A stretch of 64,000 bases of DNA from Adineta vaga (lineage: Eukaryota; Animalia; Rotifera): NCBI GenBank assembly GCA_021613535.1, contig CP075496.1, forward strand, positions 4,712,001 to 4,776,000, read 5' to 3'. The translations under genes and the position numbers were made by a program. Positions 23,032 through 35,999 of this stretch are shown one piece after another. Numbering within the stretch: the first letter of the stretch is position 1; every line of letters begins with the position of its first letter. The notes under the pieces are model-generated. The model had not been told where the DNA came from. It saw nothing but the letters and a program-made list of their open reading frames with translations, and did no database searches.

Positions 23032-26000
23032 CTAGAAAGAAATAAAGGAAAATCTATTCGTTCATTCTTTGCTTTAATACCATCGGAGAATGTGAGAAAA
23101 GAAGAAGACGTGCGTAATTGATAGAGTCAATTTTTCTAAAGAAAGTCAGAAGATTTTAATCCTTTGCTAATCTTCAAGTAAATGAAACGACGGCGGTATG
23201 AGCAAAAAGACATAAAGATAGCTTATCGGTATGAAAATTGATTCTTCTTCGATTTTTGTTCTATTTTTTTTGACGAAAACGGTTTTCCTTTTCAATATTT
23301 TTTCACATCCAATAGAATAACAGTTTCATTTACAAAGATAACAAGAATATCATCTCCCTTGCTAAATGTATTAGCATATTAACAAGACACGTGCCTGAGT
23401 ATTGAAAAGATATTTAAGCTAACTTCAAACGTTTATGAACACATCTTCTCTTGTTTTCTTTTTTTGATCTATATGACTAATGACAATACCTTATGTTATC
23501 TCTCCCTCTTCGTTCGTGCCTTTCCTTCTCTTCCCTTCAAATGTTAGATTTTTATCTGTTAATTTGTTTGATGGGTAACAAGGTAATACGCGTATGTCAA
23601 AATCAATCTGATTAAAACTAGAATATATATATATATACATAAAAATAAAGTTATTTACGAGATTATCATTGGTAGTTATGTTTCTTTTGCCGTTCTTTTT
23701 TTTTCTTCGCTTTTTATCTCTATCTTTCTGTTCTTCTGTTTCTTCTTTTCTATCTCTAGTCTTAGTATTAGTTTTCATTTCCTATCCTTTTACTATGACA
23801 TCCCTCTTCAGACGATGTCGAAAAAAAACGAGTCGATGGAGAAAAAAGAAGGAATGTAGACAAAGAAGAAACGACCATACATATATGCGTATTTCATGGT
23901 TTGATGATGCATGGAGAAGCAAAACAGAACAGACAACAGAGCGTCTTTTGCTTGACACATTACATGCTCAGAGGTCGTATAGGATATATGTATATAGCAC
24001 GAGAGAGAGAGAAAGAGAGAAAAACGGAGCGCTAACGTGTGATATCAATGTTGTTGCTGAAAAAAATTCCAGTTTGTTTATTTCTCAACTCGATTCTAAA
24101 ACTACTTATTCAATATAGCAAGAGAAGCTGTTACTCTAACACGCATATATAAAAATCATTCAAATGAATGACAAAAAGAAAACGAAGAAGGAAAGGTGCG
24201 ATAAATCTGCCCAAGAGCTATATGAAATGTCGACAACATGGGGAGATCGATCGACATGAAATAGATGTTGAAGACGTATGGGTAAATTCTACCAAGATAT
24301 ACCACTACTACCACGGCACGAAGCCAATTATATGTTCGATGACGAGCCACTCGAACTCGCAATTATTGACTCTTTCAAGTATATATATATACATATACTC
24401 CGTGGCTTCTTATTGACAACGAGATGAAGAACATCGTTGTACAATAGAGAAAGTTGTTGAAAAAAAAAGAAAGAAATCGAAAATCACCAGAGAAAAATAA
24501 ACATTGAATAGAATATAAAAGAAAATAAAGATCAGAAGAAATCAACTTGAAAAATATATAAGTAAAACGAAAAGAATGACTTTAAAAGAATTTAAATTAA
24601 TATCGATTTAAAATAAGTCCTTGAATTCTATAAACATCTCTTTCTCTTTTATTCTTCTTATGATTATTAAAAATAACTAAATAGATATAGGAGTGTAACA
24701 AAAAATCGTCAGAGATACAAAACGCATCAATAATCTTCCCTTTTTTTCTCTTGTCATCCAACAAATACATACTTGAGAACAATATTGTTAACAATACCCA
24801 ATAAATCTAGTGTTGTTTTTGATTGTGTGTGTATGCGTATATGTGTGTGTGTATAGCTAGACGAAGATTTACAAACAAGAACAGGTAGAGAAACAGAGAG
24901 GGAGAGAGAGAAGGAGAAAGGCAGCAAGCAATAGTGAAAGAAGAGGGTATTGTATGTTACTCTCTGCTGAAAGAACAAAAAAAAACACCCTCACTTGCAA
25001 AGAAGAAATTACTTGCTTCTATTCTTCTATTGGATGGCTTCTTCCTTTTCTCGGTCGCTTTTCGACGAACCGGGTCGGGAGAATAAGAAAAAAAAAGCAA
25101 GCAAGCAAGCAAATAACGATGAAGTGCAAAGAAAATGATGACGCGAGAAAAAGAATCAACCAACCAAATAATAGACAGAATATCATACTTCTTCTTCTTC
25201 TTCTCCTTCGCTTCTTCGTCTTTTGTTGTTGCCATACAGACAGCAATGAAAAGAAAGAAAGAAAGAAAGAGGGGAAAAGTAGGGAATTCCGCTCGATGCA
25301 CACATACAACACAATCATACAAGGTGCGATACGAGTTCTTGTTTCTCTCAAGAGATAGAGGCAATGTATATGTGTATGTTTCGTCCCCTCGAGTATTTTA
25401 TCATTGATGCACTGTCACGCTTGAGTTCGCAAGACGAATCTCATATACACTCACACGCATACACATCTCATTCTTTTGACACTCCCGTTACAATAGATAG
25501 AAGTGTGTGTGTGTATATGTCTTGATACATATGTACATACATCTATACAATTCTAATTATTTTCACTAATTTATGGGTTGGCCTAAGCAAAGGGCCAGAA
25601 ACAAACAACGATAAATCTGGTTTACAGCATGATTGTTTATTATTAGGAGAAAAAAAAACGAAGTTTTTCTTTAATTAACAGAATGCCAGAAATTATAGAC
25701 ATAAATAAACATATATCTTATGGTAAAGAAGAAAAGACAAACGAATAAGGGTGTGGTATACTCATCAGTCTCTTTCTTTCCTTGATAGATCTTTAATCTC
25801 AGTTCGAGTGTTTAATTATAACTTGCCAATAGTAGGTGCGTGACAGGTACTAGTTGATAAAAAATAATGACACCTTATTGACAAGAAAAGTCAAGTTAAA
25901 AATGTCTTCTTCCTTCAAATGAAAAATGGGAACTTCAATGTACACACATATGTTTCGGACATTTACATTAAGAACAAAGAGATGATGATTATGAAGAAGA

Positions 26001-26445
26001 AGCAAATGTATATATATATATATGTATGTATATGTGAAGTCGGCTTGGTGTAGTTGCATCAAGTGAGAGAATAATTTTGATTGCTCTAGCAGGCAAACAC
26101 ATTTGATTATTTCTTTGATGAAAGGGTGTGTCGTAGAAAACAACAGACGTGTCGAAAGAAAATGATGACAATGCGTTTGTTCATTTATCTATGAATAAAA
26201 GATGATGACGACGACGATTATCAACAGTTTTACAGTTTGTTTATTATGTTTGAGTGAGAACCATCATCATCATTATAATCATTATTCGACACTTATCATC
26301 ATCAAAAGAGAGCTTTCGGCAATGCAAATTCTTATGTTGTTAAACACTTGCTAATTTCATTTTCGTTTTTCTCATTTATATATATATATATATATAAATT
26401 AATATATGTGTATGTAAAAGTGATGCAAGATGGCATCTGCTACTG

Positions 26446-26449
<4 letters not shown>

Positions 26450-26501
<52 letters not shown>
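26450..26501 (+). repeat. Pure poly(A) run, 52 nt
   Basis: Directly visible homopolymer. Confidence 0.9.
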
Positions 26502-26503
<2 letters not shown>

Positions 26504-27705
26504 AAAACGAAGAATTCTTCGTGAACAGATGGATGAAACTCGAAAGAAATTTGATTCGTATAGAGAATGTGTATGTATGTACGTATTTGTGTGTGTGTAT
26601 TTGTGTATTGTTGGTCAAATCACTTATTTGAAGAGGAATGGAATATCGTACGAAAAGAGTGTGAGATGTTTTTTGATCGGGGGGGATATTGACTGTGTTT
26701 GTTCTGTATGTTGTACACTTGATCACTACGGTTGCTTCTGAGATTAGAGGATTTGTGACAAACAAACTGCTGGTCACCACTACATAGACGCGTCGAACGA
26801 TATTGACACAAAAAAATAACACGTTAGACTCAGTAGATAAATATTGACCAAGATACATACTAGTCCGATGGATTTAATCAGATATAAATGAAAGCGAAAT
26901 ACGAAAATTTTTGAAAAATATAAAAACACTTGACGTTATTCAAGCAGAAAATGAGTAAAGCGCGTGTGTATACGCGTGTATATATCGCATCTCTCCAATT
27001 CAATAGAGATAGATAGATACAATGATGATAAATGAGTTTTGTACTAAATTGTTTTGCCATTTATTTCAAAGGGCGAAAAAAGTAATAGATCGATATCATC
27101 TATTTGAAAATGATGATACAAATTTTTTTAAAGGTCGAACTATAAAATTGAATTGAATAGAAAATTTTTTTTCAATCAAGACGGTCTATCAAAAGACATA
27201 AAGTCGATTGTTAGAGTTTCTCTACCAACACATTTATAACATGAAACTCATCTGACGTCATTTCATTTGCCTAGAGGCTGTTATTTGCGCGTAGTACAAC
27301 AACTACAAAAAGAAAATAAGACGAAAACTTCTTCAGCTTAGCAACAGTTGTTCTTTTCTTGGGTGTGTAACTTGTCAAGTACATGCCGACTAAGTCTAAT
27401 CGGCTTACAAATAGGCAACAAGCTAAAAAATCACCTCTCATCATTTGTCTAGTGGTTTCTTTATTCCGGTAGAAACCATGATTGTATATTTATGAAATGA
27501 GAAAAATCAATAGTGTTAATCAACGGAAATATCGGATCGACATTTCTCAGTTCGATTTAAATACATATCAGAATATATAATTAAAAACACAGCAGGTTGA
27601 CTTTATCATATAAAAGAAGAAGAAGAAGAAGAAGAAGAAGAAAAGACATCAAACAGTCTCAGATACTTATTGGTTGATGATTGTTACTTTTTTTTTCTTT
27701 TTTAC

Positions 27706-27939
27706 TTTGCCATACGGGCTTTTCAATGAGTACAGTTGAGCGGTGATTGAAGATGGTGTTGCTTGTGAAGCGTGTTGTTGATGTTGATGTCTCATCTATC
27801 TCGTGGATTCAGCAAGGCGAAGGAGGTGGTTGCTTGAAAATATCTGCTTCATTAATTTTTCAATTAGCCGCACGATAGACATACTACCATCGTTCATTCG
27901 TTCGCGCATGTACATATAAATAGATAGGGTTTCTATTGG
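27706..27939 (-). promoter_or_regulatory. Candidate distal promoter and first exon for Lhx1/5
   Basis: On the minus strand: CCAAT (27935-27939), TATTTAT (27916-27922), then a 30-codon ORF at 27795-27706 ending at AAA|gtaaaa, in phase with the acceptor-ATG at 23031. Confidence 0.35.
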
Positions 27940-29591
27940 TGTATAGAATGTGTTAGAGAGCCCAGAGGACATCAGAATAGGAAAAGAAAAAGAATGAAAG
28001 CTGGAATCGATTTCTGCATGAACACGTTTGGAAAGACAAAAGAAAATCTGAATATTTCCGATAACATTTTCGTTCTTCTTGATTTTAATTTGTTTTTCTT
28101 GTATCGATAATAAAAAAAGGTCATGTTGAAAACAATTGACAAGATGACAAACATCGAGGTCGATATCTCAAACCGTATGTTCAATACACACGCGTCTGTA
28201 TCAAGTAACCTAATCTGTGGAACAACTGTTCATCAAGAAGAAAAAGAACAAAAAAAGAGGCGTTACAAAGAAAATTATCAGTGGAAGAAACAAAAGAACA
28301 AAACATTGTTATTTTTCCTCGATATCAAATTAAAGACATATTGTCTCAACGAAGATATATTCTTGCGGTCAAATGATTCATCTCTATGTTGATAGATATT
28401 CAAAAGAACATTGCATGTCGACATCAATACTGTCGATCATCATCATCCAAAGAAGAAGAACATGATGGAACGTCAATTAATTGATCTCTCTTGTTCGAAT
28501 GTCTAAACATGCAACTGTCGAGTACCTTGGAATTTCATTCATTTGCTTTTTCTAAAGTATCATCTAAATTTATATTAGGTCGGAATAGAGAACGAGAAGA
28601 CAAGACAAGAAGCGATCTCGTCTCTTGAGATAAAAATAGACTTGAACACGAGAAGAAGAAGAAGAAGAAGAAGAAGAAAAATGCAAGCATCACCCACATC
28701 TCAATTCCAATATGAATAGTTAATGAGCAGACGTTAGACACACGCAAAGAAGAACAGATGGATGAGAAAAGAGCAAGCTTTAAACCAATTTATTCTCGTT
28801 TCGTTGAACGCGTTAATGTGAAGAATCTTCGACTAGGGAATAAATACATACGATGCCAACAAAACATGAAGGAATGATAATTGATGGAGTGACGAGACTT
28901 TTATATATCTATCAACACGGTGTGTGTGTGAGTAATAACATCACTTATAATCAGAAACAATGAAACAAACGACAATAGACTGAAGACAAATGACAATGGG
29001 AATAGTATTCCAATGATTTATGAACATCCGCTTACCAACAAGATTAACTCTCTTTTTTTTGACACGTTTAACAGACCGATTTTCTTGTGTTACAAATCAT
29101 TTTGAAAAATGATCTTTATATCGATAATAATTAATGAAGAAGGAAAATTGATTTTCATCAATAGAAATTTTTCTAATGATATTGAACTTCGTTTTTTTCT
29201 CTTTGTTTGTCTTCTTTGATGCTTAGTGTGAATTAAAAGATATATTTAATCAGAATCAATAAAAAATCATATTCAAATATTAAGTATTCTGAAAAATATC
29301 GATCGATGTCAAAGAATGTTTGAATGTCAATATAATCCTTTAAAATAACTGCGAGTTTTTTTTTCTTCGTCTGTTCTTTTCATCCGATATTATAATCTTC
29401 ATCATCAATGTTGATTGGAAAAATTCAGTTAGTCTAACATCACATTTTAAATTCGTATTTGTTTGAAATAATATCTAAAGAAATGCAAACTTTCTTTTTT
29501 TCTATGAGACCTTAAAAGTGAATAAAAATAATGAGAATTTCTTTTTGATGTTCTTTATAAAGTTTTGAAAAAGCGTACATGAAATCATATC

Positions 29592-30628
29592 ATGGATTCA
29601 ACTGCAGTTGCATGGGAAAAGCATTCTGCTAGTCAGATACAGTTTTTACCGAATAGACAATATTTTCAATCAAATGCCAATAAAAAAAGTAACACAACGA
29701 AAAAGGTTCATTTTGATTGTCCACCATCGAATAGTGATCAGCAAGCATTTGAAGGATTTGGACAATTGCATTCGGAATCGATGACATCAAAAGACTTGAG
29801 TTTCAATAATGATAATGCCTATTTATCACCATCATCATCATCATCAACGAATATTCTTAACGAAAAGTAATAAAAAACTCATTCGATTGATATATTCAAC
29901 TATGAAATACTTATTATCTAGATGTTCAACCATTCATGTCGAACCATTATGCAGTATACGAGCATTAATTATTACATTTATCATCATTAGTTTGATTATC
30001 ATAGCTGTAGGTATTACTCTTGGTGTTGTATTTGGTACGATCAATTCTTCGTCAAAAGTAACTGAAGCGACATCAGGAAATTTTAAATTGAACGCTTGTA
30101 AGTTTGTCGCTTATCTTGATAAATTCGAATTTAAAGAAGTATTTAAAAGCTAGATTTTTACATGTTTTAGCATTGACAACATCATCTACATCACTGACTA
30201 GTATTGTGATCATCGGAAATCAAAGTGGACCACCTTGCTTATCATATACATCGATTGATGATCCAACACGAAATGTTGCTTATAATGGATCATTTTTTGA
30301 TTGTGATAATGGACCTATTTTCAATGCAAGTAATGGTGGCACTTGGATACGATTTATGGGCAGGAGCGGTGATATTTTAGCTCAAACACCACCTGGTAGA
30401 CGCCGGTGCAGTGCGTACCTTTCAATATGGTTCAACAGCACATTACCTACGATTTTGGGGACTACGGTTAATGGAACAGGCTGCATCGATTCTGATGTCG
30501 GTCAATGTCTTATTCAAACGACAATAGAAGTCATCTATTGTGTGGGTGGTTTCTATATCTACTTTTTAAAACCTGTTCACTTTTGTAGTACACGTTATTG
30601 TACTACATTTACGGCACCTATTGGCTAG
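29592..30628 (+). CDS. Type II membrane protein with C-terminal UMOD/GP2/OIT3-like D8C domain (3 exons)
   Basis: Single TM ALIITFIIISLIIIAVGITLGVVF. Cys-rich domain PCLSYTSIDDPTRN...CD...WIRF...CSAYLSIW...GFYIYFLKPVHFCSTRYCT. Phase-consistent introns at ~29867-29920 and ~30098-30170. Confidence 0.75.
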
Positions 30629-31169
30629 ATAAACTCGTATTTTGTATAAGAAACTTCTCTTTGAATACTTAGAAATAAAACACGATTGTATTGGACAGAT
30701 TTTTGATAAACTATTTTTTACATCAATCACTTTACACGGCTCAGTGATATATGATATTTTTCAACTTTTATCGAAGGTTATAAATGTGATATGTTAGTTT
30801 AAGTTATTTCATTGCGACTTTGTAAGCAGCTTAACATCGATAAAAAATTTTGTTCAGTTAAATATGATTAAGTTGTTGAACAAACATCGATTACATAATT
30901 TTATACAAACATATTGATCAGATCGAAAAGGAAAAAGCATTGTAAATACAATCGAACAAGATTTCTATTGCCATTCAGAAAGCGCATCGATATATCAACT
31001 ATAACTAATCATTTTTTTTATCTCGAAGGAAAGTTTTCATTTGATATTTTATTAAAAATCCTGTTAAGTATAATGTAAAATATTTCAAAGACAACAATAG
31101 ACAAACATGCATACACGTAAATATTCATTTGTTCATTTCTTGCTTTATGTTTATTTATTTTTGTTCTGT

Positions 31170-33343
31170 TTAACGTACTCGTGTAGGTGATGTTTTCTCT
31201 GGATCAGCACCAATACCAGCTCTCGTCGTTCCACTGGTAGCTTTTTCACGTGATGTTGGTAATAGATCTGAATATTTACTTTGTTCTTGTTGTAATGCTC
31301 GTTTTTCCAGATTTCGAACGTGATCTATTGCACGTTGTTTTAGTTCTTCACGTGTTAATGGTTTAAGTTCGTCTTCAGTTTTTCCTTCTCGATCATCTGG
31401 ATCACGACGATCTTCCCTATATGTATATATATATCATAGAATTCGAAAATTTTCTAAACGAACAATGAAAATATAATCTCTTACGTATTCGGAAGATGAA
31501 TAGGAACATTGGGTGGTGGCCCTGATGGACCATCTCCAATCAAATTAGGTGCACGTTCACGTAAAGGAATATTTTGTTCCTAATTGAAAAATAGTTTTTT
31601 ATTAAGTCAAATCAAATTTTGTTTGTTTTACTTTGGCAGAAATAGTTGCTTGTGCTGTTAATAATTCATTTGTTCGTTCTTCAATAATACCTAAATAGCG
31701 TAACATACTATCTTCAGTTACACCTTCATGACTTTGTAATAAATGATCTATTTGTGTACGATCACAACCAATTTTTTTGAATATTGAATCAATACCTAAT
31801 AGAAAAGAAAATAGGATGAGTGAAAGTAAAACAAAAACTAACCAGTTCGACATTCATCCAGAATAGCTTTTGTTGCTCGATGTTTTTCTTCATATTCATC
31901 AGCTAATATTGTTGCTTGATGACGTTTTCTTTCAATTTCTTCGACTTTTCTCTTTTGTCTATCTTCTAAAGCAACACCTTGACTTTCAAAATGACGAATT
32001 TCATTTCGAATATCAGCAATTTCTTCTTGTAATGTTTCGATTTGATTATTTAATTCATTAACATAATTAAATAATGCAAAATTTTTATCTTCAACTGTAT
32101 TCAAAAACAAAAGGAAAAATGAAGATTTCAATGAATATTAATAATCTGACCTTCGATAAATTTATCCACAAGTTTTTGTAAATCATGTTCACCACTTATT
32201 TCTTGAATTTGTTGAAATTTACTTTCATAAGCTTCAACTGAATGTTCTTCTTTTTCTTTACGACGTTTTTCAGCTGCTTCTGCTTCTATAAATCAATTTT
32301 TCTATGAGCGAAAGATTTATAAGAAATAAAATGAACCTTTTCGTTTCCGATATGTAACAAGGTCTTCATCTTCATGTCGTTCTTGTGCTTTAAGTTTCAT
32401 GAAATCACGCAATTTACGATCATGCGATATTTGTCGTTCAAGTTCTCTCATTTCAGCTTCAGCTGCAGCTTTGTCTGATTCAGCCTTATCTACATAAATG
32501 TCGAAATAGAATTAACAAAAATTGGATTATTTTATTCAATTCATTTCATTTCTCATTCACTTTGAAGAATAATTGCTTTTGAATTGGCATCTTTTCTAAA
32601 TAGAGAAGGAAAAGAAAAGAAACCTATTGACATTTATTATTGATTTGAAATCATACCGTTGTTCATAGGAAGCGACTGAATGCTCAATACATTCGACTAA
32701 TTGCAGACGTAGATTTCGAAGTTCTTTTTCGGATTTTTCAGATAAATTTTCATAACGTTCTCGTTCATTTCGTAGATTATCAATTTCCGAACGTAATAAA
32801 CCATTTGCCGAAAGTAATGAATTAAAACGTTTCAAAGCCTAAAGAAACATCAATTCTTAACATTCATTTTTTCGAAATATATGTCTTACTGTATCCAATC
32901 GATTTTCCAAAACCCGTTCTTGTTTTCGAACATTAGCATTAAACGTAACCCCAGCATGAGCGCCACCAACTTCGGTTTGTTTTGAGCGAACTTTTTTTTC
33001 CCATTCACGTATTTCAGCATCCAATTCTAATGAAAGAGATTTTTCATTTTGTACATCACTTTGCAAATGATCTGAAAACGAATAACATGAATAGAATTTG
33101 ATCGTGAAATTGAGCATTAAAACCTTTTGTTCGAATAAGTTCTTGTAATTTTTTGGTTTTTTCTTCATCACGTTTCTGATTTTCAAGACTTTCAGCTAAA
33201 CGAAAACTTTTTTCCAATTCATCACGTTCTTGTGTCAATTGTTCAAGCGTTTTTCTACAAACAATAAAAAACTTCCGATATCTCATGAAAGTAATCTACC
33301 TTTGAATTCGTAATTGACTTATATTCGAATTCGAATGATGATA
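31170..33343 (-). CDS. Outer dynein arm docking complex subunit ODAD1/CCDC63 (ODA-DC2) family; 5' end unresolved
   Basis: Coiled-coil exons with RVLENRLDTALKRFNSLLSANGLLRSEIDNLR, EDKNFALFNYVNELN, MLRYLGIIEERTNEL and LKPLTREELKQR. Confidence 0.82.
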
Positions 33344-33592
33344 CTATTAAACCAAATAAGGTCATAATTATGAAAAATTGGGGTATACGGCTTTCATCCT
33401 CACACAATTAGACGAATGCATATACAACGTGTAGAAAATATTTCGAATGATATCAAGCGTAACGGATGATTCATCATGTTTATTACTAAATATTGGTCAG
33501 ATATTTTGTAAAAACAAAAATAAAAATGGATTTCTTATGCACCTGAACATACATAAAAGGAAAAGATTAAATACACGAATAGATTGTTTTGA

Positions 33593-34519
33593 TTAGTTCT
33601 TATTGATGACGTTGTATTTTAGAAAAGCTGATTCTTTTAAAATACAAATATGTTCTAAATCACGAAAATATTCATTATAATCCTATCGAGAAAAGAAAGA
33701 TTTATAAATTAAAATCGAATCAAAGTTCTCCTTACTAATGCATAACCAACAACGAATTGATCAGGTATTTCAAAACCACAATAATCTGGCTTGAAAACAC
33801 AAGGTTGATCTTTTTGTCGTTTAGTAAATAGCGACACAACATGCATAGTTTTTGGTTGGAATTTTTCTAATTCTTGTTTTAATGTAATCATCGTGCTATC
33901 GGTATCAATAATATCTTGAATTATTAATAGATTTCGATTTTTTAAACGATTTAAATCACTTAAACCAATGATTTCAAGTTGATTGTTTAGGTGATTTCGT
34001 AGTCGAATAAATTCTAGACTCATTGGTAAACTACGAATATTTTGAAGACTATAAAATAACAAAAGATTGTAAAATAAAGATTGATTCAATTGAAAACAAA
34101 CCGATTCTCTTGTTGAATTTTTGAAATCAAATCTGCAAAAAATCGATAACCACCTTTCAATACACATAGACAAACTAAAGAGAAAATTAGTCGAATTCTT
34201 TTTGTTTAAATCAAAAATTCAATTGATCAAATTACTCAATTGTTCTGGAAGATTAACATGTATATCAGAAAATATTCGACTAGCTAATGATTCAATACGA
34301 TCTTGAACAAATCCATATGGAATCAGAACGGATTTTAAATCATCACGATAATGCAATGGTAAACTAAAACAGAATATTTCAATATGATAATCTATTGAAT
34401 ATAAGAGAAGATTGTTTCTATTACTTGAAATAAGTCAATGAATATCCTTCGAACACATCTGGTATGATAAGTGGATCGGCTTGAATAAGATTTTTCGAAG
34501 GAGATTTCATTTCTGCCAT
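33593..34519 (-). CDS. HPRT-like phosphoribosyltransferase with a degenerate active site (5 exons)
   Basis: LCVLKGGYRFFADL, LLIIQDIIDTDSTM and [29 protein letters not shown]. Frame is intact across GT-AG introns. Confidence 0.88.
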
Positions 34520-35999
34520 TCGATATAATGATGTGAGTTTATGTAATCTTAGAAATATGAAGATTGGAAGATTAGCAAACACACATAATCTCGTTTCTTT
34601 TCATCATTTTTATTATGAATTCATTCCATCTTTTTTTGACATATACTCTCTTCTTCATGTCTATTTTTAAACTCTTTTCCTTTCCTTAACATGCAGGTCG
34701 GCTTTTTTTTCATTAGAAAGATAATTCCAAAGAACAGATAGAATCATAGACTGTATTAGAACATCGAAAGATTCGCATAGAAAACTTTTTTTTCATTATG
34801 ATTAAAAATGATATTTACGGATGAACTACACAAACTTTGTGATTAACCATTATAATTTCGAATTTATTTGATCCCACGAAGATGATTCATTGATGATTAT
34901 ACATCCAAGCTAGGTTATTTCTCATTAGAATTGATTCATGTCAAGAGAGGAAATTAATACAACTTAGCGGTATTATTTGTAATAGTTTCTTTAATGTATT
35001 CCATTGATACAAAGAAAAACCTTCAAGGCTTCCTGTTGTTATATAATCGGATTGAGCATTATTAGTATTATCAAAATGAATCATTTGAAGATTCGCCAGA
35101 TATCGAAGAGAAACAAAGCAGAGCTGTGATAAGAAAAATTATACAAATTAAATTTCGTATTTCCAGATCTATTCAAATACGAGCTGTTTACAATTAAATA
35201 TTCTTTCATTGAGCATGAATGTACATGAAAATAACCTTTCAACAACCTTTCAAGAAACTTCTTCTAATAAGAATTCACAAATTATGAATGTAGCATGACA
35301 AAGTGGCTTATTTCTACTTCATAGCACTATTTCGTTTCCTGTTTTATTTTGCAATAGAATAAAATAAACATTGTTAGTTTGCTGATGGCGTATATTTTGA
35401 TTAATTCATCATTTGAGTCTATTTTTCTTTTGATAAACGTCATTCATGATTATCGATGAAAAAAAAATAACAACACATCTATTATATTGACAACAATTAG
35501 ACTTTATTAAGAATGTCATATGATTCATCATTAACATTCGTACGGCCTCTTATATTATAATATTTATACAAAAAGCACTTATTTGTCGATTGATTTGACA
35601 CGTTTTTTTGCTTCTGAACGTATCGTATAAATCTACATATGCGTATACTAACTGCACACTTTCGTCTCTGATGATCAAAATCAATCGTAGACGATTTCTC
35701 CTGTTAGAGATGCAACAAGAACGAACGAAGGATGAAAGAAAATGATGCAAGGTTATTTTTCAAATGGTCTCACCTGACTAAGTTTTGCCTTGTCGTGCAG
35801 ATACGTTATCATTATTCAAACATTTCATTGTCATTTCTTTTGTATCGGCCATGATTTAACCAACGAAAGAGCATATAGTCTTTTAAATGAATACTAAACT
35901 TGCATCGAACATATTTCTACTTTGAAAAAAAAATATAATTATTTATATAAACAAATTTTCTACATACAAATATTTATATAGAAGAGAAACAATACAATC

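Noticed and set aside
23491-25407. Numerous 60-150 aa ORFs upstream of Lhx1/5
   Set aside because: Low-complexity GA/TC-rich sequence read in overlapping frames, with no domain motifs; best treated as regulatory or UTR DNA.
26430-26858. Poly-Lys/poly-Phe ORFs, or a retroposon tail at the 52-nt A run
   Set aside because: The ORFs are homopolymer artefacts. No target-site duplication or element body is recognisable, and the run length may be an assembly artefact.
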